DNA of 64,000 nt from Candidatus Eremiobacteria bacterium (GCA_963737065.1 CAVTRC010000001.1:416001-480000), one strand, 5' to 3'. Positions 48,738-58,993 are shown, numbered from the stretch's first letter. Made by a program: numbers and translations. Notes: generated by a model from the letters alone, not told the origin.

Positions 48738-50306
48738 TTATCTCGCATCACCGTCCTGCAAGATCCGCATCGCTGCATTGCGTCCGTTGATCGCAATGAC
48801 GCTCCCGCCGGGATGCGTGCAAGCGCCGCAGAGATAGACGCCGTCCATCGGCGTCCGGTAGTGCAATCGGTTGCTCCACATGTATTGCGGACGGCAATCG
48901 CCCTGGAAAATGTGCCCGCCGGTTAGACCGACCTTCGCCTCGATATCCGGTGGGCCCATGACTTGCGCGTCGATGACGACATCGGGAAAGTTCGAGCAAA
49001 ACCGTCCGATCGACGCGAACGCCGTTTCTTTAGCGCGCTCGCGATGCGCGTCCCACGTGCCGTCCGCAAATTTATACGGCACGTACTGCACGAACGCGCT
49101 CATCGTATGCGTTCCCGCCGGCGCGACACCGTCGTCAAAAACGCTCTGAAAGTACATCTCGGCCCATACCCGCTCCGCCAAGCGGCCTGCCTTCGCAGCT
49201 GCGAAGCCGTCCGCCCACTGCGCTTTCGTCAGCGGCGCGTTGATCTGACTATAGTGATGCGGCTGCAGGGCTCCGGGACGCGCGGTAAAGTTCGGAAGCT
49301 CGCGAAGCCACATGTTGATCTTTAGCGTGCAGCCTTCGATCGGAATCGCTTCGACGTGCGCTCGCCACGCGGGATCGGCGTCGACGCACAATCGCAGCGT
49401 AACGCGCGGATCGGCATTCGAAACGACGACCGGCGCGTCGACGCGATCGCCGCTTTCAAGCACGACGCCTTGGCCGGGAACGATCTGCGCCACCGGTGTG
49501 TTGAGCGCGATTTCGGCGCCCGCTTCTCGCGCTGCGTCGGCGAGATAAAACGACACCATCCCCATGCCGCCTTTGACGTATCCCCACGTGCCGGGCAATC
49601 CGTCGAGCCTTCCACTCGAATGATGAAATCGTATCGAAGCCGTGCCCGCCTCGAATGGGCTCGCGTTGGTCCCGATGACGCCCTGGCCCATCAGCGCGAG
49701 TTGCAGGCGCTCGTCTTCGAGATAGCGCTCGACGAACTCGGCCATCGACCACTCGAAGAGCAATGCGCGCGCATGTGCGTCGTTCCCGATGCGCGTTTCC
49801 AGCTCGTCGCGCGTCGGAGGTTCGCCGATCCACATGTCACGTTCGTCGGGCGGACGAATCGCATCACGCAAACGACGCACGACGGCCGACATTTCGTGAA
49901 AGCCGTCGACGTCGCGCGGCGATAGATGCGCGATTTCGCGCGCGCATAGCTCGTCGTCTTCGTACAGTTGCACGCTGCTGCCATCTTCAAACGGAACGAA
50001 CAATCCGTTCGATGCCGGATGGCAGACGAAACCGCGCGCCGGCAGATCGAGCTCCCGCACGACGAGCGGATGGAGCAGCCCGTTCACGTACGCACATGGG
50101 GACATCCGTACGCCGGGAAACGGCTCTTCGATCGTGCAGGCGCCGCCGACGCGCTCGCGAGCCTCGAGCACGAGGACACGCTTGCCGGCACGCGCCAAAT
50201 ACGCGGCGCAGGCAAGGCCATTGTGGCCGGCACCGACGACAACGACATCCCGCCGTTGTACGCGCTTAACGGACGTAGCTACCGCCGTTGAGGTCGACCG
50301 TCGCAC
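48738..50306 (-). CDS. Phytoene-desaturase-family FAD-dependent oxidoreductase
   Basis: VVGAGHNGL, GGHIFQG, YLCGACTHPGG. Confidence 0.9.
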   Translation of the reverse strand: MRRSTSTAVATSVKRVQRRDVVVVGAGHNGLACAAYLARAGKRVLVLEARERVGGACTIEEPFPGVRMSPCAYVNGLLHPLVVRELDLPARGFVCHPASNGLFVPFEDGSSVQLYEDDELCAREIAHLSPRDVDGFHEMSAVVRRLRDAIRPPDERDMWIGEPPTRDELETRIGNDAHARALLFEWSMAEFVERYLEDERLQLALMGQGVIGTNASPFEAGTASIRFHHSSGRLDGLPGTWGYVKGGMGMVSFYLADAAREAGAEIALNTPVAQIVPGQGVVLESGDRVDAPVVVSNADPRVTLRLCVDADPAWRAHVEAIPIEGCTLKINMWLRELPNFTARPGALQPHHYSQINAPLTKAQWADGFAAAKAGRLAERVWAEMYFQSVFDDGVAPAGTHTMSAFVQYVPYKFADGTWDAHRERAKETAFASIGRFCSNFPDVVIDAQVMGPPDIEAKVGLTGGHIFQGDCRPQYMWSNRLHYRTPMDGVYLCGACTHPGGSVIAINGRNAAMRILQDGDAR

Positions 50307-51006
50307 CGTTCGCGTAGTTGCCTCTCTCGGATGCGAAGAATGCGATCACATCACCGATCTCTTCTGCCGTACCGATGTAACCGAGCGGCACTTCCGCCTC
50401 CAACTCCGCGCGCCGCTGCGGAACCTCGAGATCCGCGGCTGCCATATCGGTTTCGATAAAACCCGGCGCAATCGAGATCGCGCTGATGCCATACTTCCCG
50501 CACGAACGGGCAATCGATTTCGTGAGATTGACGAGAGCTGCTTTACTGGCGCCGTAATCGGCGAAATTCAACTCGCCGCGATGCGCGGCGCGCGACGTGA
50601 CGTTGATAATCTTGCCACGACCCTGGGCGCGCATATGCTGAAGCGCGAGATAGGTCAGGTCCGCCGTGCCGAAGAGATTGATTGCAAACGTTCGCTCCCA
50701 GCCGCGCCGCCACGCATCGAAGTCGTTGTCGAAGAACGGATTCTCGGAAAAAACGGCGCCGTTGTTGACGAGCACGTCGATGCGTCCGTACGACGAAATG
50801 CACGACTCGATCACCGCCGGCAAACGTGCGTGCTGCGCGAGATCGCAGTGAACCGCGCGCGCACGCGAGCCTAATTCCTCCGCCAACACGTTGGCTTCCG
50901 CCGCCTTCGTGGCATACGTGAAGATGATTTCGTGTCCGTCCCGATGGAGCGCGCGAACGGCGGCGGCTCCGATCCCGCGCGATCCGCCCGTTAAAAGAAC
51001 GACCAC
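50266..51006 (-). CDS. SDR family oxidoreductase
   Basis: TGGSRGIG, YGASK, PGFIETDM. Confidence 0.9.
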   Translation of the reverse strand: MVVLLTGGSRGIGAAAVRALHRDGHEIIFTYATKAAEANVLAEELGSRARAVHCDLAQHARLPAVIESCISSYGRIDVLVNNGAVFSENPFFDNDFDAWRRGWERTFAINLFGTADLTYLALQHMRAQGRGKIINVTSRAAHRGELNFADYGASKAALVNLTKSIARSCGKYGISAISIAPGFIETDMAAADLEVPQRRAELEAEVPLGYIGTAEEIGDVIAFFASERGNYANGATVDLNGGSYVR

Positions 51007-51014
51007 GCGGCGCG

Positions 51015-52385
51015 TTAGCCGGCGAGGTCGCGCGGCTCGTACCCGCGCGGAACGTTCGGATAGACGCCGGTGAGACAGCCGAGGCACATTTCGTCACGTT
51101 TACGCCCCGTCGCGGCAATGAGTCCGTCGAGGCTGAGATACCCTAGCGAATCCGCGCCGGTCTTCAATCGGATCTCTTCCACGGTATAATTCGCCGCGAT
51201 CAGTTCGTCGTACGTTGCCATGTCTACGCCGAGATAGCACGGATGCTTGATCGGTGGCGACGTGATGCGCAAATGCACTTCTTTCGCGCCCGCATCACGA
51301 AGCAGCGTCACGATGCGCGGGGTCGTCGTCCCGCGAACGATGGAGTCGTCGACGACGACGACGCGTTGACCGCGCAGGTTCTCGATGACCGGATTGAACT
51401 TCAACTGCACGCCGCGGGAACGCATGTTTTGATCCGGACTGATGAACGTGCGTCCGATGTAGCGGTTCTTGATCAGCCCCTCGATGTAGGGCAAGCCGCT
51501 CTCGGCGGCATATCCGATGCCGCCCGGCACCGCGGAGTCGGGAATGGCCATCACGACGTCCGCGTCGACCGGATGCTGTTTGGCAAGTTCACGACCCATC
51601 GCGTAGCGCGCCATGTAGATCGACCGCCCATTGAGCGTCGAATCCGGGCGCGCGAAGTAGATGTATTCGAACATGCACATCGCCGGACGCGCATCTTCTT
51701 TCACAACGCGATGCGATTCGAGGCCGTTCGGTGTAATGCGAATGACTTCGCCCGGTTCAACTTCGCGCATGTATTGCGCGCCGATTGTCGGCAATGCGCA
51801 CGATTCGGACGCGACCGCGTAGCCGCCGTCGGGAAAGGAACCGATGCACAGCGGGCGCACGCCCCACGGATCGCGGAAGGCGAACAGTTCGTCTTTCGTG
51901 CACAGCACGATCGAATACGCACCCCTCGCGACGCCGAGAACGTGCTTGATCCGGTCGAGCATCGTGCCGGGAGCCTCGACGATCGCCTTCGCCATGACTT
52001 CGGAGTCGGAGGTCGCTTGCAGCGTCGTCGACGGTGAAAGCGCTTCGCGCAGCTGATCCGTATTCGTCAGATTGCCGTTATGCGCGAACGCGAAATCGCC
52101 GATTTCCGTCGATTCGAGCAACGGTTGCGCGTTCACGACGACCGAAGATCCCGTCGTCGAGTAGCGCGTGTGCCCAACCGCGATATATCCGGAGAGCTGC
52201 CGCAGCAGCTCCTCGTCGAAAATGGCTCCGATCAGGCCCATATCTTTGTGCGAACGGATCGTCCCGCCGTCGGCCGCCGCGATACCCGCGGATTCTTGCC
52301 CCCGGTGTTGAAGCGCGTAAAGGCCGAAATACGCCAGTCGCGCAGCGTCGCGTCCCGGCGCGATGATCCCCGTAATACCGCACAT
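51015..52385 (-). CDS. purF: Amidophosphoribosyltransferase
   Basis: MCG N-terminus, LQHRGQES, VDDSIVRGTT. Confidence 0.97.
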   Translation of the reverse strand: MCGITGIIAPGRDAARLAYFGLYALQHRGQESAGIAAADGGTIRSHKDMGLIGAIFDEELLRQLSGYIAVGHTRYSTTGSSVVVNAQPLLESTEIGDFAFAHNGNLTNTDQLREALSPSTTLQATSDSEVMAKAIVEAPGTMLDRIKHVLGVARGAYSIVLCTKDELFAFRDPWGVRPLCIGSFPDGGYAVASESCALPTIGAQYMREVEPGEVIRITPNGLESHRVVKEDARPAMCMFEYIYFARPDSTLNGRSIYMARYAMGRELAKQHPVDADVVMAIPDSAVPGGIGYAAESGLPYIEGLIKNRYIGRTFISPDQNMRSRGVQLKFNPVIENLRGQRVVVVDDSIVRGTTTPRIVTLLRDAGAKEVHLRITSPPIKHPCYLGVDMATYDELIAANYTVEEIRLKTGADSLGYLSLDGLIAATGRKRDEMCLGCLTGVYPNVPRGYEPRDLAG

Positions 52386-52445
52386 GATCCCCAGCGCTAA
52401 TTCAACACACGAACGGGTGTTCCAGCTTGGATAAGAGGCGGCTCC

Positions 52446-53117
52446 TTAGTCGTTTGAACGCCGCCCGCCGCCGCCGGTGAGTTGAAGGATCGCAAGGAAG
52501 ATATTGATCGCGTCGAGATAGATCGAAACCGCCATCTGAACCGGCGTCAGCCCGTCTCCGCCGGCGCGCAAACGTGCAAAGTCGATCAGCACGAGCCCCG
52601 TAAAGATGACTAAAATCGCCCACGAGTACGCGGTCGGCGAAATGATGTGCACGAAGAACGAGATGATGCCGATCACGACGAGCGCAAGCAGCGCGATGAA
52701 AAAGATCCCTTGGAAGCGTCGTAGATCGAGCCCGGTGGCATACACGACTGCGCCGAGCGCAAACATGCCGAGTCCCGTCGTTAGCGCCGCATTGAATACG
52801 ACTTCGTTGCCGGCGGTATGCGCGTAATATCCGACGATCGGCGAGAGAAAGATGCCCTCGAGGAACGTGAACGCGTAGAACATGACGAGCGCGAGCGGGC
52901 CGTTCTGGCGCACGAATTGCATGACGAGCAACAGAATGAACGACGCGAAGAATGCGATCCGGCTTACGCCGAAGCCGACGTTGGGAAACAGGTACACGCC
53001 GAGCGCCGTGAGGCACATGCCGAGCGCCGTGATGCCAAGCACTTGCCCGAGCAGCGATTGCGTCGCGACCGCGGGACTTCCGCGATAAGACGGGTTGGGC
53101 TGAAATCGATAAGCCAT
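52446..53117 (-). CDS. Bax inhibitor-1/YccA family membrane protein
   Basis: About 7 TM segments; SIYLDAINIF. Confidence 0.9.
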   Translation of the reverse strand: MAYRFQPNPSYRGSPAVATQSLLGQVLGITALGMCLTALGVYLFPNVGFGVSRIAFFASFILLLVMQFVRQNGPLALVMFYAFTFLEGIFLSPIVGYYAHTAGNEVVFNAALTTGLGMFALGAVVYATGLDLRRFQGIFFIALLALVVIGIISFFVHIISPTAYSWAILVIFTGLVLIDFARLRAGGDGLTPVQMAVSIYLDAINIFLAILQLTGGGGRRSND

Positions 53118-53170
53118 TGCTTTAGATACTAACCTCCGCGCATCTCGAGAGTTACACGAACCGCCGCATC

Positions 53171-53199
53171 TTGCATATCGAACGTATGTTCGGTATAGT
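53171..53199 (+). promoter_or_regulatory. Sigma70 promoter with LexA SOS box
   Basis: TTGCAT-N17-TATAGT; CGAAC-GTAT-GTTCG at 53179-53192. Confidence 0.85.
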
Positions 53200-53206
53200 G
53201 AAGACC

Positions 53207-54091
53207 ATGCGCGGCGTGGGCGTTATCGAGCAAACGGCAAAGAGCGTAATAAACGCCGTCCCCGGCATGCCCTTCAAGTGGTCGATCAATCCGTACCGCG
53301 GCTGCTATCATCAGTGCCGTTTCTGCTACGCGCGCCGCACGCACACGTTTCTCGAGGAAGACGGCAGGCGCGAATGGGGCACGCGCATTTACGTCAAGAT
53401 CAATGCGCCGGCCGTCGTCCGGTCCGAGCTTTCAAAGCGGTCGTGGAAACACGAAGACGTCGCGATCGGGACGGCGACCGACCCATACCAGCCGCTGGAA
53501 GGCCGTTACCGTATCACACGCAGGATCCTCGAAGCGCTGCGCGACTACGACACTCCGGCGAGCCTTATCACGCGCTCGCCGCTCATCGTGCGCGATATTG
53601 ATGTTCTGCAATCACTCGCTCGCGGCGCCGGCGCGCACGTTTCCGTGAGCGTCGCAACGATGGACGAGCGTCTCGCGCGCGAGATCGAACCGACGGTTGC
53701 GCCGCCGCGTCAACGCGTGCGCGCAGTGACCATGCTCGCGGAGGCTGGTATCGACGTCAGCGTTGCGCTTGCACCCGTACTGCCCGGTATAACGGACGCG
53801 CAAGAACAACTCGACGCGGTCGTACGCGCCGCGCGTGAGGCCGGTGCGCATCGCATTTGGCACAACACACTCAATCTTCACGACGTGACGCGCGACGAGT
53901 TTTTCGACTATTTGAAAGAGCATCGCCCGCAATTGATTCCACGGTACGCCGATCTTTATCGCGGCAAATACGCGCCGCGCGCGATTTCCGAAGCGATCGG
54001 CGCGCGCGTCCACGCAGCGTACGAAACAGCACCGCTGCGTCACATCGAACGCATTGCCGCTCGCATCCCCGCGCAACTGAGCTTGATCTAG
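53207..54091 (+). CDS. Radical SAM protein, SplB/Rv2578c-like DNA-repair family
   Basis: INPYRGCYHQCRFCYAR, TDPYQP.E, QLSLI C-terminus. Confidence 0.9.
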   Translation: MRGVGVIEQTAKSVINAVPGMPFKWSINPYRGCYHQCRFCYARRTHTFLEEDGRREWGTRIYVKINAPAVVRSELSKRSWKHEDVAIGTATDPYQPLEGRYRITRRILEALRDYDTPASLITRSPLIVRDIDVLQSLARGAGAHVSVSVATMDERLAREIEPTVAPPRQRVRAVTMLAEAGIDVSVALAPVLPGITDAQEQLDAVVRAAREAGAHRIWHNTLNLHDVTRDEFFDYLKEHRPQLIPRYADLYRGKYAPRAISEAIGARVHAAYETAPLRHIERIAARIPAQLSLI

Positions 54092-54628
54092 CTAATCGCT
54101 GAGGTCATCGATTTGAAAGACGACGGCGTCGACCTCGGTCACCACCTCAGACGTCTCGGCCGGCTCCATCGGCGAAGCGCCGTCGGCGGCCGTGACCGCG
54201 TCAAAGACCGCTGCCGTCACCAAACCGTACGCAACGTGAGGAATGATGTCGGAGAGCCAGCCGCCGACTCCCCACGTGCGCGGGTCCGTTGCACCGAGGC
54301 GGGTCGCGGGGCCTTCACTCGCAAGCATCGCTGCGGCGCCGAGTGCGAATCCGGATAAGATCAGCGGAACGCGCGGAACGCGCGGACGAATGACGCCGTA
54401 CAACGCGCCGATGCCCACTCCGACGGCGTATCCACTGAGTGCGCCTAATGCGGACGCACGGTTGTCATTCTCGATCGGAATCCCCGCTCGTTGGGACAGT
54501 CGCTTCACCGTCTCTGCGGGCACGTCACTGGAATCGCGCGCACGTAATGCGATATCGGCATAGCTGCTAACGTCGAGCGCCATCGTTCCGACCGCGCCGG
54601 CAATGGCACCGTGTATCATCGTGCTCAT
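54092..54628 (-). CDS. Hypothetical membrane protein
   Basis: GA.AGAVGT.AL...SY.D, W.SDIIPH.AYG. Confidence 0.75.
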   Translation of the reverse strand: MSTMIHGAIAGAVGTMALDVSSYADIALRARDSSDVPAETVKRLSQRAGIPIENDNRASALGALSGYAVGVGIGALYGVIRPRVPRVPLILSGFALGAAAMLASEGPATRLGATDPRTWGVGGWLSDIIPHVAYGLVTAAVFDAVTAADGASPMEPAETSEVVTEVDAVVFQIDDLSD

Positions 54629-54707
54629 GGGGCCATCCTACCCGGGATTCACCCGCCCGCCTTCCACCCTCGGCACGACGCTCATCCATCGATAAGCGGG
54701 AACGGAC

Positions 54708-55979
54708 CTACGCTACTGCTGCGATGTCGGTTCGATAGCTCAACTCGGTGGTGTTGAGGCGTTTCGCTAACACCTTCACCGCATCGTATGCACCGGTGCG
54801 CGCGTCGGCAAGCGTTTCGCCGAGCGCCGTCACGGTCAGCACCCGTCCGCCGGCCGTTTCCACGGTACCGTCAACGAGCGAACTGCCGCCCCAAAAAGCT
54901 TGCGCACCGCGCGGCAGCGAAATATCGGCGTTCAATCGGTGAAGCGGTGTATTGCTCCGCGGATAGTCGTTCGTTGCGAGCACGATCCCGACGCAACTCT
55001 GCGTCGAAAGCGTCGCAAGCGTCAGGTCCATCGCTTCCTCGGCGCACGACTTCAGAAGCCCGGCAAAATCGCCGTTGATGCGCGGCATCAACACTTGCGT
55101 TTCGGGATCCCCGAATCGCGCGTTGAACTCGATGACATACGGCCCCTGTTCGGTCCACATGAGGCCGCAATAAAGTACGCCGATGTACCGTTCGCCTTCG
55201 GCGAGCAAGCCGCGCAGCACCGGCGCAAGAATGCGTTCGCGAACTTGATCGTCCATGTCTTCGGGAAATTGATACGGCGGCGAATACGCGCCCATACCGC
55301 CCGTGTTTGGACCGGTGTCGCCGTCACCCGCGCGCTTGTAATCGCAGGCAGCGGCCATGGGCACCATCGCGCGGCCGTCTGCGAGTGCAAAGACGCTCAA
55401 TTCGCGTCCGCTCAGCCGTTCTTCCAGGAGCACGTCGCTGCCGCCGCCGGGAATTTTGTTGTTCGTGTACCAGTCGGTGAGGACGGTACGCGCTTGCGCG
55501 ACACGATCGCAGACGACGACGCCTTTACCGGCGGCCAACCCATCTGCTTTCAGTACCACACCGTCGCCCGTCCACTCATCGAGCGACTTCATCGCGCTCG
55601 CAAGCGAATGCGCGACCGCCGCGCGGGCGGTCGGCACGCCATGCCGTTCCATGAATCGCTTCGCGAACACTTTGCTCGACTCGAGGCGCCCGCCGGAACG
55701 ATTCGGACCGAAGACCGCTATGCCGGCATCGCGGAGCCGGTCACCCACACCCGCTGCGATCGCAACTTCCGGACCCAACACGGCGAGATCGATGTTCTCC
55801 GCTTGCGCGCGTTCGACAATCGATATTCCGTCGGTTACCGGAATATTCCAATTCGTTGCGCGCGATGCTGTGCCGGCGTTTCCGGGCACCGCAAAGAGTC
55901 CATCGATGGAGGGCGATTGCGCGATCTTCCACGACAGCGCGTCTTCGCGCGCGCCGTTGCCGACGACGAGAACGCGCAC
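54708..55979 (-). CDS. purD: Phosphoribosylamine-glycine ligase
   Basis: KADGLAAGKGV, GPNTGGMGAY, EFNARFGDPE. Confidence 0.97.
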   Translation of the reverse strand: MRVLVVGNGAREDALSWKIAQSPSIDGLFAVPGNAGTASRATNWNIPVTDGISIVERAQAENIDLAVLGPEVAIAAGVGDRLRDAGIAVFGPNRSGGRLESSKVFAKRFMERHGVPTARAAVAHSLASAMKSLDEWTGDGVVLKADGLAAGKGVVVCDRVAQARTVLTDWYTNNKIPGGGSDVLLEERLSGRELSVFALADGRAMVPMAAACDYKRAGDGDTGPNTGGMGAYSPPYQFPEDMDDQVRERILAPVLRGLLAEGERYIGVLYCGLMWTEQGPYVIEFNARFGDPETQVLMPRINGDFAGLLKSCAEEAMDLTLATLSTQSCVGIVLATNDYPRSNTPLHRLNADISLPRGAQAFWGGSSLVDGTVETAGGRVLTVTALGETLADARTGAYDAVKVLAKRLNTTELSYRTDIAAVA

Positions 55980-55980
55980 G

Positions 55981-57525
55981 TTACTCCCACTCCACGGTTG
56001 CGGGCGGCTTCGAGGTAATGTCATAGGCGACGCGATTCACGCCTTGTACTTCGTTCACGATGCGCGTCGAAATTTTCTCGAGCAACGGATGCGGGAGGCG
56101 CGCCCAATCAGCCGTCATTCCATCTTCGCTCGTAATCGCCCGCACGGCGACGAGATTCGCGTACGTACGCCCGTCTCCCATCACGCCGACGCTGCGAACC
56201 GGAGTCAGCACGGCAAAATACTGCCACGGATGCGGCTGCAGTTCACACGCGTTGTCGATTTCTTCCCGTACGATCGCATCGGCGTCGCGCACGATCTCGA
56301 GGCGCTCGTCGGTAATGTCGCCGATAATCCGTACCGCGAGTCCCGGTCCCGGAAACGGCTGACGCTGCACGATATGTTGCGGTAAACCGAGAACGCGCCC
56401 GAGCGAACGTACTTCATCTTTGAAGAGCGAACGCAACGGCTCGATGAGCGCGAAGTTCATCTGCTCGGGCAAGCCGCCGACATTGTGGTGCGATTTTATC
56501 TTGTGTCCCGCTTTACTCTGCGGCGTCTTCGACTCGATGACATCGGGATAGAGCGTACCCTGCACGAGATACTTGACGCCCGGAATCTTGGCCGCTTCTT
56601 CTTCGAAGACGGCAATGAACTCATGCCCGATGATGATGCGTTTGCGCTCGGGATCCTCAACGCCGGCCAGTTTATCGAGAAACCGTTTGCGCGCGTCGAC
56701 CGCAATGACGTTGAGATGCAGCACGTCGCGGAACGCCTGTAGAACGGACTGCCCTTCACCTTTGCGCAATAGCCCGTGATCGACGAAGATACATGTCAGC
56801 TGTTCGCCGATTGCGCGTGACACGAGCGTCGCCGCGACCGCGGAATCAACGCCGCCCGAAAGCGCGCAAATCACCTTGTCGCCGCCGACGTTCGCGCGAA
56901 TCTCACCGACGAGCGCATCGACGACGTTTTCCATCCGCCACGTTGCATCGAGCCCCGCAACGCCGTGCAGGAAGTTCTCGAGAATCCGCGTTCCGGCGTC
57001 CGTGTGCGAGACTTCGGGATGGAACTGCACACCGTAGATCTTACGTTTGCGATCGCCCATCGCTGCAACGTTGCAACGCGGCGTCGATCCGAGTTCGATG
57101 AACCCGTCGGGAAGCTTCACGACCGAATCGCCATGCGACATCCAAACGCGCGACGCGTGCGGCACACCTTCCCAGAATCGTTCGTCGGAATGCTGCGTCG
57201 TCAGGGTTGCGGGACCGTATTCGGCGTGGTGCAGCTTCACGAGCTGCGCGCCGAGATGGCGTGCGAGGAGCTGCATGCCGTAACAAATGCCGAGGATCGG
57301 CACTCCGCTCTCCCAGATTACTGGATCGAGATCGGGTGCGTCGGGGACGAGCGTGCTTTCGGGGCCACCCGAAAGAATCAGCGCAGCCGGATTACGCGGC
57401 GCGAGTGCCGACCATGCAATATCGAATGGAACGATTTCGCAATAGACACCGAGTTCGCGCGTGCGACGCGCAATCAGCTGACTGTATTGCGCGCCGAAGT
57501 CCAGGATGAAAACGGTCGCGGGCAT
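55981..57525 (-). CDS. guaA: GMP synthase
   Basis: LDFGAQY, GICYG, SGGVDS, KSHHNVGG, KPPATVEWE. Confidence 0.98.
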   Translation of the reverse strand: MPATVFILDFGAQYSQLIARRTRELGVYCEIVPFDIAWSALAPRNPAALILSGGPESTLVPDAPDLDPVIWESGVPILGICYGMQLLARHLGAQLVKLHHAEYGPATLTTQHSDERFWEGVPHASRVWMSHGDSVVKLPDGFIELGSTPRCNVAAMGDRKRKIYGVQFHPEVSHTDAGTRILENFLHGVAGLDATWRMENVVDALVGEIRANVGGDKVICALSGGVDSAVAATLVSRAIGEQLTCIFVDHGLLRKGEGQSVLQAFRDVLHLNVIAVDARKRFLDKLAGVEDPERKRIIIGHEFIAVFEEEAAKIPGVKYLVQGTLYPDVIESKTPQSKAGHKIKSHHNVGGLPEQMNFALIEPLRSLFKDEVRSLGRVLGLPQHIVQRQPFPGPGLAVRIIGDITDERLEIVRDADAIVREEIDNACELQPHPWQYFAVLTPVRSVGVMGDGRTYANLVAVRAITSEDGMTADWARLPHPLLEKISTRIVNEVQGVNRVAYDITSKPPATVEWE

Positions 57526-57596
57526 CGAGCCGCGTCATTCGTCCCGCTATCGGCGCGCTCTTCTTAAACGCAACGTTGGCCGGCCGCGCTGATGTG

Positions 57597-58136
57597 CTAA
57601 GCGGAAGTCTGTGCCGCCTTGATGGCTGCGTTGTAGTCCGGCTCGCTCGTGAGTTCCGGAACGAGTTGCACGTATTTCACCCGCTTGTCGGCGCCGATGA
57701 CGATGATCGCGCGCGCCAGCAGTCCGGTCTCTTTGATTCGGACACCGTAATCGTAGCCGAAGCGATGATCGCGATAGTCGGAGAGCATCTCGAGTTTTAC
57801 ATCGCCCTCGGCTCCGCACCAGCGCGCTTGCGCGAACGGCAAATCCATGCTCACCACATAGGCTCGAACGTTTTCGCCCAACTCGCCGAGGCGCGTGTTG
57901 AACGTATGCGATTCGGTCGAGCACACGCTCGTATCGAGCGACGGCACGATAATGAGCATCGCGGCGCGCGTGCCGCGATCGGTGAGGTCGTCGAGCGTCT
58001 TCACCGAAAGATCTGCCGCGCTCAAATGCACTTCAGGCGCGGGGTCTCCGGGTTTGAGTTCGGGCCCAACGAGCGTCAACGGATTGCCGCGTGCGGTCAA
58101 CTTTCCGGTACGTTCTTGTAACGTCTGCGTTGCCAT
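57597..58136 (-). CDS. tpx: Thiol peroxidase
   Basis: PSLDTSVC, DLPFAQARWC, EPDY; GGGAGG RBS. Confidence 0.95.
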   Translation of the reverse strand: MATQTLQERTGKLTARGNPLTLVGPELKPGDPAPEVHLSAADLSVKTLDDLTDRGTRAAMLIIVPSLDTSVCSTESHTFNTRLGELGENVRAYVVSMDLPFAQARWCGAEGDVKLEMLSDYRDHRFGYDYGVRIKETGLLARAIIVIGADKRVKYVQLVPELTSEPDYNAAIKAAQTSA

Positions 58137-58161
58137 AATTACCTCCCGCACGCAAGAACAC

Positions 58162-58539
58162 AAAGAAACCCGCAAAGTTGCGGGCCTCTTTTCGGCTTTC
58201 CATTCATTCCCGGACCTTCGTGCCGGGAATTTTCTTCGTGCTTCTCAACGACGACAGAAAGAAACCCGCAAAGTTGCGGGCCTCTTTTCGGCTTTGCTAT
58301 TCATTCCCGGACCTTCGTACCGGGAATGAACTTCTGTCTAGGCGAGAAGCCCCGAAGCGTGCTATGGCACGTAAGGTGCTTCTCAACGACGACAAAAAGA
58401 AACCCGCAAACGCTGCGGGTCTCTTTCGGCTTTGCTATTCATTCCCGGACCTTCGTGCCGGGAATTTCTTCTGTCTAGGCGAGAAGCACCGAAGCGTGCT
58501 ATGGCACGTGAGGTGCTTCTCAACGACGACAGAAGGAAA
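58162..58539 (-). repeat. Three tandem copies of a multi-hairpin unit, each ending in a terminator on the minus strand
   Basis: Anchor GAAACCCGCA at 58165, 58261 and 58399 (periods 96 and 138). Confidence 0.9.
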
Positions 58540-58866
58540 TTAGCGGTACGAAGGACGCGATTGGAAGCAATCGCGGCAATATACCGGCTTATCGCCGCGC
58601 GGTTGGAACGGGACTTCCGCCACGCCGCCGCATTGGCTGCACGTCGCGCGGAACATCTCCCGCTGGCCGCCGCCACCGCCGCCGCCGAAGCCGCTGCGGT
58701 TTCCACCTTGGCGACCGCCGCCAGACGCTTTGCGCGCAGCGCGGCAATCCGGACAACGGTTCGGCTTGTTGGCAAAGCCCTTCATGGCGAAGAACTCTTG
58801 CTCGCCTGAGGAAAACGTGAACTGACGTGAACAATCGACGCAGTTCAGATACTCATCTTGGTACAT
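58540..58866 (-). CDS. Zinc-ribbon (zf-trcl-like) + CxxC-x17-CxxC domain protein
   Basis: CVDC..F.F..GEQ.FF..KG...P.RCPDCR; Gly linker; CSQC...VPF.P...KPVYCRDC. Confidence 0.9.
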   Translation of the reverse strand: MYQDEYLNCVDCSRQFTFSSGEQEFFAMKGFANKPNRCPDCRAARKASGGGRQGGNRSGFGGGGGGGQREMFRATCSQCGGVAEVPFQPRGDKPVYCRDCFQSRPSYR

Positions 58867-58964
58867 GCTTAAACGAGGACTCCTCGATTACTTAGTGCTC
58901 ATTGTTCCGGGAATCGACTCGTTTAGCCCAACGTGGGAACCAGACCGCGAAACCTAGACGCCTC

Positions 58965-58993
58965 AATCTACCATGCCCGGCGCGAAACGGCAA
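58965..58993 (-). promoter_or_regulatory. Sigma70 promoter giving a roughly 90-nt 5' UTR for the zinc-ribbon gene
   Basis: TTGCCG-N17-TAGATT with TGn on the minus strand. Confidence 0.65.

Noticed and set aside
48738..50306. Carotenoid biosynthesis gene crtI
   Set aside because: No crtB/crtE context; motifs fit the broader uncharacterised oxidoreductase subfamily
54900..56385. Long antisense or alternate-frame ORFs (also 574..1437, 28948..30012, 35905..36936, 59518..60531)
   Set aside because: Shadow ORFs expected from high-GC codon bias opposite well-supported genes
58162..58539. CRISPR array
   Set aside because: Units are 96-138 nt of near-identical sequence with no unique spacers, and no cas genes are nearby
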